A DNA stretch of 64,000 nt, taken from assembly GCF_009914755.1 (NCBI RefSeq), contig NC_060930.1; one strand, given 5' to 3'. Both the position numbers and the translations under genes were made by a program. The stretch comes from the human T2T-CHM13v2.0 reference genome, Homo sapiens. Under the pieces are notes generated by a model. The model did no database searches and was not told where the DNA came from. It saw nothing but the letters and a program-made list of their open reading frames with translations. This document shows positions 1 to 14,345 of this stretch, piece after piece; positions within the stretch are counted from its first letter, which is position 1, and every line of letters starts with the position of its first letter.

Positions 1-352
1 GAGGCTAGAAGTCTGAAACCAAGGTGTCAGCAGGCAGTGCTCCCCCTGAAGACTCTAGGAAGGATTTTGTTCATGCCTTTCTCTGAGCTTCTGGTGTTGC
101 TGGCAATCCTTGTCTTGTAGAAGCATCACTTCCATCTCTACCTCGGCCATCATAGGACATTCTCCCTATGCCTGCTTATGTGTCTCTTTTTCTTCCCTTA
201 TGAGGACATTAGTCAGATTGGATTAAGGGCCCACCCTACTCCAGTATGACCTCATCTTAATTATATCAACAAGGATGCTATTTCCAAATAATGTCACATT
301 CTGAGGTTCTGGGAAGGACGTGAATTTTGGGGGGACACTATTCAACCTAGTA
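1..352 (-). mobile_element. MaLR solo LTR (MLT1B-like), cut by the window edge
   Basis: ggattaagggcccaccctactccagtatgacctcatcttaa...aattttgggggacactattcaacc is the reverse complement of the MLT1B/C LTR start. Confidence 0.85.
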
Positions 353-1669
353 CCTATGGCAACTGTGAGTCCCAAAGTTGCTTTGATCCCTTGATAAGGA
401 AATTCTTTATGCTGAGATAAGACTAGTTTCAGATATGCTGCCTGCATCATTTCCAGACTGCTCTCCCTACGTCTCTGCACCCTACCTGGTAATCTGTGAG
501 TGTTCTTTCATAATTATACAATGTATCCACAGCTTCATCTTCATAGATCAGGAATGCCCATTTCCTTGCAGGTTCCCTGTCTATTCCTGAACTTCAGGGC
601 AGTGAGAAAATTCCATCTTGTGTGCCACTGAATGCCCTTCGTAGCTTCAGTCATAACTGTTCATCATCACTCTCTCACCCTGCTAAAATGCCCACTCTGA
701 AAGTTTGTCTATTTCAGAATCTTGCCTCTAATTATCTTCACAAGTTTCCTTTGTGATGCACTGCCCTAGAAGTGGCTCATTTTCCATATCAAAGTTCTGC
801 AGATGAGAAACAGAATTATAGTAGATTACTCTTGCTAGTAGAGAAGAATGCCCCTGCATGGGGAAGATGCCAATCAAACATAACATTTTCCGCAAACGTT
901 TTGCATATTGCCTTATGTTATAGTCCAGCTTCTTTCTGGAAAGATGACAGTCCATACGGGCCCCAGCATCTTTGTGAATTCGTACTGAGAATGTGAATTC
1001 GCAGATTGAGTAGCCACCAGACTTAGACAAGTGATCTCCCAGCTATCCAGGCAAGGAGCTGGATAAAGAGATGATGATGGTCACCAAGGTCAGAAATAAC
1101 TGGCAGAATCAGGAATAGATTCAGTGAGTTTTGGCTCACAACTCACCACCAGGCATTTTTTTTCAAGACAAAGAAATCCATCTGGGTTTCTGTTGGGTCC
1201 TTGCAGGACCTGACTAGATTTGTGTTTGGAAAATTGCCATACCAACAACTACGGTTTGCAACCAAGCCTATTTAAAACAAGATCAACAAAACCCCTCTCT
1301 TCCCTACAGTGCCTTGTGGTATTTGAGTGTTAATTTTGACTTCTTTTGAATAGCTGTGGTGGCAGTGGCTAAAGGGTGAAGCTTTAAGATGCCTTAGAGG
1401 ATCAGTCATAGAAGGCGGCTTGCCAAGCCTGACACCGAAGAAAAACGCAGCCCTTGGGTCCGGCTGTGCCTCGCAATTCTGGCATCCAGTCTTTTCTCTG
1501 ACCCAACCACAAACCCCTTCACCCTCTCTCCACCCCCTTCCACATGCTCACACGCACATGAGGTGCAGCCACTGTCCCCTTCTCTGTGTGCTCCCTTGTC
1601 CACGGATGCATTTGTGGTTGGAGGGGAGTCGGTGCAGCCATGGTAGAATAGAGGTCCTCGTGTAAGACT

Positions 1670-1812
1670 AACATGAGTGGTCTATTTACTCATCTGTGCT
1701 GCCCACTAGACCAAGAGCTCCTAAGAGCAGAGACTGTCTTATTCTTGTTTATATCTTCAATGTCCAGCACAGTGTCTGCTCAGGACAGCCATTGAATTAT
1801 CTCCTGAATGGT
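1670..1812 (+). mobile_element. L2 3' end fragment
   Basis: ccactagaccaagagctcctaagagcagagactgtctt...cagcacagtgtctg...tgaatg resembles the L2 terminus. Confidence 0.6.
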
Positions 1813-2411
1813 TAGATGGTATAAGGAAGGCTTCCCTTAAAGAATATCTTGCCGCTGTCTTGGGATTTGACATTCAATGAATCAGGAGATGATTCTTGAA
1901 GTTTCATATCCGTTAAGTTCCTCATTACCATGTATGTATGTATGTATGCTTGATACTAGTAATATCATCAATCTTACCAGGAACGTGGTGTCCCCAGGAA
2001 GGTCATACATTGCCACAGAATCTGGCCAAATGGTTCCTTGAGCAGTTCCACGTGGAGGGGACGTCTGTGCACATGAGTAGATAAAAAATGCAAGCAATGT
2101 TGTTGAAAGTTAGAACTCAGCTTTTTTCCCCTTGAGGTCCTCGGCCACCACTCAGCTGCTGAAATCCAGAACACTTTGGTTCTAGTCCTGGTTCTGACAT
2201 GAATGCCCTGGTGACCTTCGATTCACTTAACCTTTCCAGACCCTAGTTTTGCCTCATCAGCAAAACACATGCTCTTTAAGGCCCTTATAACCCTAAACTC
2301 TTGCCTTGAACCTGCTTTGAGTTTTAAGTAATGAACACATGAGACTAAACAAATCAGATTTTAAAAGCTTGAGTGAAATAAAAGAATTAAAAAAAAAGAA
2401 GTGAATTTTAA

Positions 2412-2742
<331 letters not shown>

Positions 2743-2799
2743 TCTTTCTTAATTTTATCTAAGAAAGCAGAATTTCACATCTTAATTTTTATTTTTCAA

Positions 2800-2962
2800 C
2801 TTTTTTTTTTTTTTTTTTTAGATACAAGATCTCGCTCTGTCACCCAGGCTGGAGTACAGCGATTATAGCTTACTGCAGCCTCGAACTCCTGGCTTCAAGT
2901 AATCCTCCCACCCCAGTCTCCCAAATTGCTGGGATTATAGGAATGAGCCAGTGTACCTGACC
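2800..2962 (-). mobile_element. Alu monomer (FRAM/FAM-like)
   Basis: Poly-T plus a single ~140-nt 7SL-derived arm ending ...gagccagtgtacctgacc. Confidence 0.8.
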
Positions 2963-3195
2963 TTCAAGTATATTTTTTGAGGTGGTATGATAGACTAGTG
3001 AAATTGAAACAGGAACTGTGAAATTATAATTTATTTGTTCCTTTTCCTAAATACCTTTGTCAGTCTGCATGTGAATTAAAGTAATTATTTACTTTATATC
3101 AGAGTAGAGCAAGGAACACCGTCTTTCCACCTTGACTTTGCTGCTCTGGGTGACTTTGGGCAAGTAGTTTAGCTCTCTTGGACCATAGTTTTACT

Positions 3196-3503
3196 TATTT
3201 ATTTATTTATTTGTTTCTTTGAGACAGAGTCTTACTCTGTCACCCAGGCTGGAGTGCAGTGGTGCAGTCTCAGCTCTCTGCAACCTTCACCTCCCGGGTT
3301 CCAGCGATTCTCCCTGCCTCAGCCTCCCAAGTAGCTGGGATTACAGACGCCTGCCACCACACCCAGCTAATTTTTGTATTTTTAGTAGAGATGGGGTTTC
3401 ACCATGTTAGCCAGGCTGGTCTCAAACTTCTGACCTCAGGTGATCTGCCTGCCTTAGCCTCCCAAAGTGCGGGGATTACAGGCGTGAGCCACCGTGCCTG
3501 GCT
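3196..3503 (-). mobile_element. Alu (AluSx/Sz-type)
   Basis: (TTTA)n tail, complete dimer, TSD ggaccatagt/ggaccgtagt. Confidence 0.95.
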
Positions 3504-4636
3504 GGACCGTAGTGTTTTAACATGTGAAAGTAGATGTCTGGTGAATAAAAGTTAAAGTAAAGTTTTGAATGCATCAAAAACGTCTCTTTGAAATAAGTGC
3601 TGTTATGCGGAGCCTCCAAAATGAGTTTTCTTCACCTCGTGCTGTAATTAGTGAGTAGAAAGTCTCCAGTTAATTTTGTAAAATATAAGCCATTACGGAC
3701 ATTGTTCTTTCTCCCTGGATTAACAACTCCAGCAGATCTGAATGGCAATAGCACATATTAGTTGAACGAGGGTCAGTTTGGCCTTTGCCTTATATTCGGC
3801 ATTATCGTTACAATGCGATACAATATCCTCTTCAAGATTCAAGCTTTCTTCTCTTATTTTATGCTTTTCTATGTCACATTTCTCCAAGACTATCTTTGGA
3901 TTACTTATACACACAGCTGTTTTATGAGACTCTGTTGGAGCTTATGAGTCAGATTACTGTTACCAAAATGTTTGTGAAATCACTTCTTAAGTCATATATT
4001 TGCATCATGTACAACCTGTTTGACAATCAAAACATTATGCCCTTCAGCACTTGGCTGGTTATGATAGTAAGTTTTCCAGTAGAGTGTTCCAGCAGAATAT
4101 AATTGGGCAGTAGACAGAAGGAGCACAGTATATTATTTTAACATAGAATTCCAAGTGCATTTCTCTTCTTGTAAGATTGAGAAGGACACATAATATTCTG
4201 TAATAGACTCAGGGTGATCAATTAATAGCATAGAGAAATTCCAGTGCAGCTGGGGCATTACCAAGTGCAGCCCTGGAGCCAACAGGGGTGGATGGAAGGA
4301 TGGAATGGCCGGAACACAAGACGCAGACATGGCCACTGACACAGCACTGCCTGTCTGTGTTGGTCAGTATCTCAGGCACCTGCTGACACTGGCTGTTCTT
4401 TACCTGCTCTTGGCCAACCTTCAAGGCCCATCTCAAATGGTGGCTCCTTCAAAAAGGCTTCATTGATATCTTCAGAGTAGACTTAGAGACTCCCTTTCCT
4501 CAAAGTCTTTACGGCATTTTCTTTGTACTTTCTGATCGCTCAGTTGTCATTTGTCATTTGTTATTGTCTCATTGCCCCCACTTGTCCGTAACTTCCTTGA
4601 GGACAAGGAATGTGTCTTACTCCCCTTGGATTTCTT

Positions 4637-4957
<321 letters not shown>

Positions 4958-5090
4958 AACCTTGGATTTCTTAAAAGGAAGGGGTTGTATCTTGATTAAG
5001 GTGTGAGTGGTCAAATGTCAATGCAGTGTTATTATATGTCATTTTTCAAAGGACACATCCAAATTCAGCCAGTGACATCCTGGGTTGACA

Positions 5091-5159
5091 CTTGAAGGTC
5101 TGCTTTAATGATCTTGAAGGTTTGCTTTAATGATCTTGAAGGTTTGCTTTAATAGTCTT
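5091..5159. repeat. Minisatellite, 22-bp unit cttgaaggtttgctttaatgat x3
   Basis: Units at 5091, 5113 and 5135 read directly from the sequence. Confidence 0.95.
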
Positions 5160-7391
5160 TCGCAGTAGTCCTGGGCACTGACTTTTGCTAAGGCATGACG
5201 TGGGGGAATTCAAACTTCTATGCAGTCAGCCTTGCCCTCTTGGAGTTTATGATATTATCAGGGACAATATACAAATATATAACATATATACATATGTCCT
5301 AAGTGCTAGCTGAGTAAAACGGCACATAAATTCTATAGAAATATAAGCTTCATCCCCAGCTTACTAAATAAATATTCTTTCTAGCTCTGAACATAATTGC
5401 ATCTGTAACAATCCTTATATTCTGATTAAATAAAAAGATGCAACTCAATGTGCATGTCTGAGTGTGTGTCCACGCATTTTAAGTGTTTTTCCAGTGCCCA
5501 TAATATGTCTTATCAACATACTGATTTTCTGTCCATATTCTCGCAGTTCTTCTCCAGGGGATAGGAGTATGTTGCTAGAGGGGATCTTAATAGTTGGCTT
5601 GATGTTTAAGCCGCCGGGCGACGCAGATGTGCAGCCAGCTGAAGTCCGTTTTGCAATGACGGTATCCTGGGAGTCTGGAGGAGAAACCTTTTAACGACTG
5701 TGAGATGTAGCCACAGCCCATAAAACGTGGCCGTGCGGCAGGCGCCCAGCTCTCCACCTGACCTGTAAACTCCTATGCGCCTTTGCATCCCCACACTCTG
5801 CTTTGCAGATACTCTTATGAATTCTGCAAGTCTTGGTAAATAGGTTAGCTTTTAGAAACCTGTGTTTTAAAGTACAAAGCATGCATCTCAGATGCGAGTT
5901 TAGAACTTGGAGAAAGTTCTCCCGTGTTTTCAGCCTCCACTGTCTGCAGCCAACCCCAGGGGAGGAATAGTATGGAAGAGAACTCAAAGAAATGAAAGCA
6001 CAACATATCCCTTTACTTTGAAACAAGAGGCCTGTAAGTATTCATGTAAAAAGTCATGGTAAAATTCTGTGTTCTTACAGAATGATGATCCTCTTATTTT
6101 CAAAGTTGTGGGGAGGCACTCTTATGGGAATAAAAAGACTCCAAAAACAAAACAAGAAGAAAAAGTATTTTTCTACACAGAAAAACTTCAAGAAAACATC
6201 CCATCGCCTTTTATGTCCTAGGCTTTTATCCTTATTCTTTTAAAACACCCATTAAAAAGAAAGAGGCTGGCGGGTTTCATGCTAAAAGCTATTTGCTACA
6301 GGGGACAATTTGCCAGATATGAAAGTGTGGTTTGTGGGTGTTGACATTCGGGTTTGTCCTATCATGGCTGGGCAGAACCTCTGATGGACTCCACTGGACT
6401 ATTTACTGGGCTGACCCCTCTGAGAAGTGGGGACACTGCCCCTCCATTTTAAGGAAATGGCAGGCTCAGATGGTGAATGCAGGTGCAGTCCTTGGCCCTG
6501 CTAAAAGGAAAGAAAAAAAAATCTATAGAATGTGGAGCAAATAATACAAGTTTGCCCTCCATGGTGACCTTCTCTCTGCCCACCCTCTTGGCTCACATCA
6601 ATGGCAAGTTATAATTGGACTACAAGGACCAATATATTGTGTAGTCTAGAGGGGAAAATGCCAAAAGAAAAACTCTGTTGGATCAAGCGTATGTGTCCTG
6701 CGTTCATTTCTAGGTCTGTAAACAAACACAGCTGTTGAGTGAAGGATCCGTCTTCAGAAATGGTGAAAAAACAGCCATGCCCTGCCAGTGAGAGCGCAGC
6801 AGGGGAGAGTTGTTCCAGGGCTTGGGAGGAGCAGGCGAGGCGCAGCAGGGCCGGGACCATGTGTCTCCTCCGTATTCCAGGAGAGGCCATTCTGTGTTTT
6901 CAGCTGAGGCTGTTGGAGCATGGAGAATGATGAGTGTGGGAAGATTGGGAGGGAAGAGGATTCTGAAATTTCATCTGCTTTCCTCAAATTAAACCTTTGT
7001 TTAACATACAAGACCTTGGCTGCCTTTTTCTGGAGGTGGTGGAAGGGAACTTGTATCTTTTTCTCGACTAATTTTAAAATAATCTGCAACTTGGAGCAAA
7101 AGACATTAGAAACTCACGGGTCCAGCAGCTTGTATTTATATCAGTTATTGCTAATTTATATCAATTACTGCTAAGCTGAAGTTTTGGGCCTCACTCCTGT
7201 CTCTTTTCTCTCTCTACAGCTAAAACTTAGGTAATATCTATATTGTGTAGAGAACGTGCTACTGCGATGGACCTGCCATTTGCACATCAGATGTTTGTTC
7301 TGATGGTGTTATATGGAGGTCAGATTTCTGCACCATGATGGACCTCTGGCTTTTGGTTGCCTCCCAGTCCCCAATTCTTTTTATTAAAAAA

Positions 7392-7516
7392 ATTTTTTTA
7401 GGGGCAGGGTCTCGCTATGTTGCCCATGCCGGATTCAAACTCTTGGACTCAAGACGTCCTCCCATCTCAGCCTCTGGAGTAGCTGGGACTACAGGTATGC
7501 GCCCCCATGTCCGGCT
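7392..7516 (-). mobile_element. FLAM-type Alu monomer
   Basis: ggcagggtctcgctatgttgccc...gctgggactacagg...ccggc, single arm. Confidence 0.8.
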
Positions 7517-8387
7517 GCCCTTCACATTTTTATTACCGGAAGTGCAGGTCCCTCAGCAGTAGCTGATGCAGGACGAGGCCCAAGGGAGAGTAGGGGAGTG
7601 AGGTCGAGGAGGGATTTACTTTATGCCTGGAGATCTTCTTAGCTTGGCAGTTGATGGCTTGAGGCTTCCCTTCATGCCTTCATTTATATAATAGACATTT
7701 TCATAATACTCTGTGCAGGTAATTCGTTGACTTCCTGGCCAAATTTTTTCTCGATAGTGGGAGACTGGTCGAAAGTTTGAACTTTGGCTTTTTGCAGTTG
7801 TATTCCTCCCTGCTCCCACTTGCAGTGTCGTTTTGAGTGAATCACTGCCCAGGCATGGACCATTCCCGAGACTTGTAGGCCTCGAGTTTCCCAGTGATTG
7901 GTTGATACTTCTGCCTTCTGATTGGTTGGGTGAGTTGGCTGGTGCAGGGATGCTAATGAGCCCAGGATTGTGGATTTATTCCCCCAAAAGTTTAAATTAG
8001 TTTCCCAGAGAGGGGGAAACCCCAGTTTGACCACATTTATTATTTTATTTGCTGCCTCAGGATTGTAGGAGGGACAATGTAATAATGTAATAATCTAATA
8101 ATTGGACCAACTCAGCAGTACAGGTAAAGAACAAAAGATTCCCCTCAAAAACAAAACAATACAAAGCTAGGTCAATCCTTGCTTGGTGCAGTTAGGTACC
8201 TTGCCCCGTGACCACACCTGATTTTAATAAGGGATGCGTAAGTGTATCAAAAACACACATTAACCAAGGTACATTTCTCGCCATGTCAGCAGCATCATCT
8301 CCCAGGGGGAGGGACCACCCTGATTCCTGCTTCTCTATCACTCATTGGCTTGACGCTCTTTTAGCACATGCTGGTAGACGGCAAGCA

Positions 8388-8846
8388 TGTTTCTTGTGGC
8401 TGCTGTCACAAATTACCACAAACCTAGTGGCTTACAACAATCCACGGTTATTCTCTCACAGCTGTGTAAAGCAGAGGTCTGGCATGAGCCTCACTGGATT
8501 AAGATCAAGGTGCCGGCAGGGCCGTGTTCCTTCTGGAGGCTCTAGGGGAGAATCCATTTCCTCGCTGTTTCCAGTTCCTAGTAACCGCTTGCATTCCTTG
8601 GCTTGTGATACCCTCCTTCAAGTTCAGATTTCTCTCCGTTACTCCCACTTCCATCACCACATTTCCTTCTCTGACTCTCCTGCCTCCTGCATTCCCTTTG
8701 TGGGCCCAGCTGAATAATCCAGATCCTTTCTCCATCTCAAAAATCTTACCTTAAGCATTCCTGGAAGATATTCACAGCTTCCAGGGATCAGGATGAGGAC
8801 ATCTTTTTTTGAGCGGCAGGGAAATGGCCTTTCTCCATCGGCCACA
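8388..8846 (-). mobile_element. MaLR solo LTR (MLT1D-like)
   Basis: caaattaccacaaacctagtggctt...ggaggctctaggggagaatcc...attcacagcttccagggatcaggatgaggacatc. Confidence 0.85.
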
Positions 8847-9066
8847 ATAAACTTAATGTCTTCACAATGACTCACAGTTTTTAAAGGGGAGATTCTTTCT
8901 GCATTTAGTGTGTGCTTCCAGTTTTTTTTTGTTTGTTTTTTATTTGGCAGATGGAAGAAAGATCCTATGAATGTTGAGGACTGTATCTTGTCTGCTGATT
9001 TTCTGAGTGGCTTTGCAATCTACCTCTAATAATGAGCTAAATAAAGTGGATTATAAGAAATCACTA

Positions 9067-9391
<325 letters not shown>

Positions 9392-9641
9392 TTAGAAGGT
9401 ATGTAATTCATAGACAATTTCCTTGCTCCTAAGTGTAGACTTGTTTTAAAGAATAGCCTACATCATTAAATAAAATCAGTTATATATTTTGAAGGCCTAT
9501 CTTCTATGTCTTCATGGTACATGTGAAGACATTTTAGCTATCATTCCTATCCTATTGGTGAATTTATTGCTCTATTTCAAAAAAGTCAAACAAAATCAAA
9601 AAGAATCAAATACCTTCAGACACTTAGGATTGGCCCAGTAA

Positions 9642-10007
<366 letters not shown>

Positions 10008-10155
10008 GGAATAGTATAATTTTTAAAGATGTTTTATGCTTATTGTGCTTTTTATAAAAGATAGCAACAATCTTCCAATGAGGTCATTCATTTCTGTTGG
10101 TACAGTTAGAATGTGTGTCTCTGGGTTGGTCTCTTTGAGTTTCTTTTGGCATAGA

Positions 10156-10260
10156 GCAGTATTCTCACCCTGCATGATCATCAGAGCACCTGAGATGCTT
10201 CGTAAAGTGTAGGTCTGAGCCCCACCACGGAGATTTGGATACAGTAGGTTATGAGGGGGG
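10156..10260. mobile_element. MER5-type hAT-Charlie fragment
   Basis: cagtattctca...atcagagcacctgag...ccccaccacggagatttggatacagtagg. Confidence 0.55.
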
Positions 10261-10299
10261 AGCGTCGAGCTTCTCAGGAAACCTAGTTCTCAGCTGTTT

Positions 10300-11450
10300 T
10301 TCTCCAGATACAAATCTGTAACTTTTTGTATTTATCTTAGGGTGAAGCTTTCATACTGTGAGCTCATTCAAGCCAGAGATAATTTCTTATCCAGGAACCA
10401 GTTGGCAAATCTTTTGTACCTGCAGTTAGTCCTACTTATTTTAATTTCCTGATTTGATAATTCCAACAGCCCTGCTACGTCTGAGTCTGCTTTTGGTGCT
10501 TGCTGTGTCTCTTGTGTTTTTTGCTCTTAGTGTGCCTTGTAATTTTTGTTGAGAGCTGGACATGATATCCTAGGTGAAAGGAACTGCTGTAGCTAGGCCT
10601 TTGGTGAAGTGGAGGTAAGGTGTTGTGGAGGGGAAGCCCTCTGTGGTCTATGATTAGGTCTGGGTCTCTAATGAGCCTGTGCCCTGGTCTCAGCTTTTTT
10701 CTTTAATGACCCTGTGCCCTGGGCTCAGTGGGTCTCAGGTTTTTTTCTCCCCGCTTGGGTGGGACAGGATGGCTGGAGATAGGTATTTTCCTTCTCTTCC
10801 TGGGGAGGCAAGAGCGGGCAGGAAGTGCGCATGTCCCTTCCTCCAGGTGGTTTTGGCTCTGGTTTATTAGTTTTTCCTGAGGGCAGGCCTTGTTAAGAAG
10901 AACGGAGTGCTCTGGTGTATTGCAAACCATTCCCTTTCCTCTCCCACTGTGAAGTATGAAAGGATTTTTCTCCCACATTCACTTGGAGGACCTGGTCCAG
11001 CTCCTGGAAGTAAAACTTGTGAAAGCATGCCCCTCCCATGACTGGGTCGCCCTGGAGTTTTTCACTCTCAGTCTTGTCCACGCTGAGCCTCCAGCAATTC
11101 GCCACTTAGGATTCAAGGTTTCTCTGGCGTTGGTTCCTTTGGAGGTTTCTGCTCTGGTAAGTTTGAGTCTTTGTTTTGCCCTGGGCAGAGTGGGGTCCTC
11201 TGGGTGTTTCCAGGCCATGGGTTCTGGTCTCTTTGCTTCTATGTCCCAAGGCTGTCTTCTGGTATTTGCCACCTGCTTCTGAGCATGGGTCTCAAGCCTC
11301 GAAATGGCCTCACCTCAGCGTCCTCAACATATGTGTTCACCATTCTTATTTTTCCCCCGTTCTTATTGACTGTAGTGGTTCCTCTGAAAAAAAGTCGCTC
11401 CACCCAGCCTGGCATCTTTTTCTCACTTCTGTCCAGTCTGCACAGGGACG
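10300..11450 (-). mobile_element. Old L1 5'-region fragment (L1MC/L1MD-like)
   Basis: ggaactgctgtagctaggccttt...ggggaagcc...tatgattaggtct...gagcctgtgccc resembles L1MC/MD 5' ends. Confidence 0.65.
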
Positions 11451-12024
11451 CAAGGTGTTCCTCTTTATTTCAACAGCTTTCTAAGAGTGCCGATTTAATC
11501 AATCCTGCATCATTACTTTGAGCGGGAAAGGAACATTTCTCCCTCTCTTGAATTCCCCTAACACTTTGTGGCTTTCTTGTTGTACTCATCACAGCTTGCC
11601 ATGATCTGTCATATATTATAGTTACGTGTGTCCTTTTCTACCACTTTATGAACTATAAAACCAGGAGGCCAGAGACTGAACCTTAACCAATTGCTGTTAC
11701 TTCCAGGGCCAGAAATGATATATTGCAGTCAACTTGCATAACAGCTTTACTGACTAGATACAACAGTTCAAAAGGAGTATACGCTTCTCCCCAAAACTAA
11801 GCACATTCACTGAGTATGTGACGTGTTAATATGCTACTGCAGGTAGGAAAAACAAAACCCAAAGCAAAAAAGTTTTGCAAATGTCCCAGGTAATTTCTAA
11901 ATGAGACTGGCTAAAGGTAGGGGAATTGAGCTAGCTGTTGGGAAGGACAAAGTGGAACTACACCGATCAGCTCTTCAGAGCCCAGACTTACCAAAATGAT
12001 GAGCAACCTGAGAATTGTTTCAGC

Positions 12025-12185
12025 CAGTGCCTCCCAAACTTTGTTGGAATCACCTGGAGAGCTTTGAAAAGCCCAAGTTACACCCCATCCAAATCAGGAT
12101 GCCTGGGGGGGTGGGAGTTTGGCGTCAGCATGTTTAAAAAGCTCCCCAGGTGATTCTAGCATGCAGCAGAGTTTGCTATCGCCTG
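12025..12185. mobile_element. MER5A1/MER5B-like DNA transposon
   Basis: cagtg..cccaaact..ggaatcacctggagagctt..aaaagctccccaggtgattcta..tgcagc. Confidence 0.8.
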
Positions 12186-12539
12186 GCTTTTGCATCAGAT
12201 GCATTGAGTAGGGGTCGAGTTCTGCACAGGTGTATTTGACCTTACGCCCTTGTTAAGACCTCTGCAGTGTTTTTGTTTTTCAGCATTTTCTGGCCTTTGA
12301 ATTTAAAACTTGAAAGACTTAACTGGAAGGATCACACGTAAATCAAGCATAGGAAAACCCTTATGATAGTTGCCTTAGGGTTTTGGAATTTCAGGGGGAA
12401 GAAACAATTTAGAAAAACAATTCTTGTTACAATGTGCAAATTGTAATTTCACAATTATTTTTAAAAGTCAAACAAGACAATCTATGATGTAAAGAGGTTG
12501 ATCTTGAATTTTTGAGTCCTACCGCATGTCTGCAAATGC

Positions 12540-12930
12540 AGATAGTTTTTCTTTCCAATATTCCTAACTTGTCTTTTCATTGTCTAGAACCTTGTCAAAT
12601 AGATCATAATGACAACAGGCATCCTTGAAAACAGTGACTTGTGTAAACAGATTTTCTAATGTTGAGTCATTCTTGCATCAAAAACCCTTAGTCATCATAT
12701 ATAATTATTTTAGTAGACTACTATTTTAGCATCTTTGGATGTAGTCAGATGAGGTTGCCTATGTCCCCTCCTCCAACACCACCCCCCTGCACCTCCCCTC
12801 GCCCCCTTTTTAAATGCTGCTTGTCAGGTTTTGATATCACGGTTATATAACCACTTGTAAACTTCAAGAATGAGCTTGGAAACTGCCTTTTTCCTTTTTT
12901 AAAAAAATGCAGTGGAGCATTTTAAATGAT
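12540..12930 (-). mobile_element. Old L1 (L1ME-like) ORF2 remnant
   Basis: ggcatccttg...gttgagtcattcttgcatc...tgtcaggttttgatatcacggttat...gaatgagcttggaaa. Confidence 0.55.
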
Positions 12931-13384
12931 ACAGTGTAAGATTTATTTAAAATGGGAAAATAAGCCACATCCTGTTTTTAAGCGGTTGAACATACTTTCA
13001 AGTGAATTGATATCTAAATGCTTCTTCAGTGATGTGAATACAGCTTACATCATTGTTAAATACTAGGTCCTGGTGGTTTGGTTCAAATAATAGTGAAAGA
13101 AAAATCCCTTAAGGAATGACTGGAACCACATGTAACAATTGGTTCTGTCTCTGGGCCTTGTGACCTACCCGGTAAAGATTGCATAGTCTCGGGACTGGGA
13201 ATTTTTTTCACGATTTGTCTTCATCTGAGTCCTGGACATAGGTTGGGACTGGAACAAAACCTCAGTTGGAGGGATTCTGGATTAACAGATGTAAATATGT
13301 GTACTTGGAGTCATTACTGTCAATTTGACATCCCTGTTGATTTTATGGTATTACCCACACCCGGCCCTAAAAGCGCTCCTTGTT

Positions 13385-13695
13385 TTCTGAACCTTTTGAT
13401 TCTGTACATCACCTGGGGTGCTCGTAAGGATTCCTGAGCTCCTTTCCAGATTTACTAACTCAGAAGTTCTAGGAAAGGGGGCTGGGAAATCTGTGCAGTC
13501 AGCAGTTACACCAGGTGATCCCTATTATTTGAAGTTCATCACAGCAGTGACTCCTAACCTTGCCTTGCATTACAATCACTTGGAGTGTTAAGAATCTTGA
13601 TGCCCAGGCCTCCCTTATTGAGTGAATCCATCTCTGTAGGTGGGGCCTGGGCATCAGGATTTTGTAAACATTCTGCCAGCATTGAGAGTCATTGA
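13385..13695. mobile_element. Two adjacent MER5-type elements
   Basis: Two atcacctgg/atcacttgg cores, with ccaggtgatc and ggtggggcctgggcatc motifs. Confidence 0.7.
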
Positions 13696-14169
13696 GTTTC
13701 AGCATTCTTAGGAACTGAGTGGTATTATTTGAGATAATTGTCAATTCCTTGGCTCGTTGGAAATTCAAGACTGGGTATAACTGAGTAGAATCTGTGTTTT
13801 TGCTTGTAACAGAAATGAGACTGAGATCCTCTTTCTGCTCTGATTTTTATTTTTTACCTCCTCTTCTCTCGGATTTAATTCTACTTAAAATCATACTGGT
13901 CAGTTAAGCCGCTGCAGAATAACAGATATGTACCTGACACGTAGTAAATGTTTGATAAACGTTAATTACTGTTACTGGAATCCAGATGTCAGCTGGGCTT
14001 GTCCAGCTCCTTAAGCTGACTGCATTGAATCTCCAGTCCATGTCCTCAGAGCATCTGCTAATTTGATGTTTGTGGGACTCTACTGGCCTCTGCCTTGGTG
14101 TCTGCTGCTGTGCCTAGAGTTGTTCTGCACTGAGTTGACCCAGATGTGAAATCACCCCTCCTTCACACA

Positions 14170-14345
14170 AAACCCTCATAATAATACCATGTGTATATAG
14201 CACCCACATAAGGTAATTGCTGTCATTATCCCCACTTTGCAGATGAGGAAACTGAGGCAGAGAAGTTACATAACGTTTTTCCTAGATTATCCAGTAAGTG
14301 CGTGGTGGAGCGGACATTAAGCCCAGGCATATTGACCCCACAGCC
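14170..14345 (-). mobile_element. MIR
   Basis: attatccccactttgcagatgaggaaactgaggcagagaagtta is the MIR core in antisense. Confidence 0.85.

Noticed and set aside
973-1001. tgtgaattcg direct repeat 19 bp apart (similarly aaagatcagatgt x2 near 40671-40712 and a 25-bp duplicate at 10669/10704)
   Set aside because: Short local duplications with no interpretable insert.
3744-3770. Loose resemblance to the U6 snRNA 5' region (agcacatat...gaacga)
   Set aside because: Needs several gaps and has no TSD or tail.
5091-5159. Possible CRISPR-like arrays (here and at 27145-27205 and 18689-18765)
   Set aside because: The first two are head-to-tail tandem repeats without spacers, the third is a TSD pair, and the DNA is primate with no cas genes.
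8208-8717. 169-aa ORF
   Set aside because: Mostly an antisense MLT1D LTR read-through with a GTG start.
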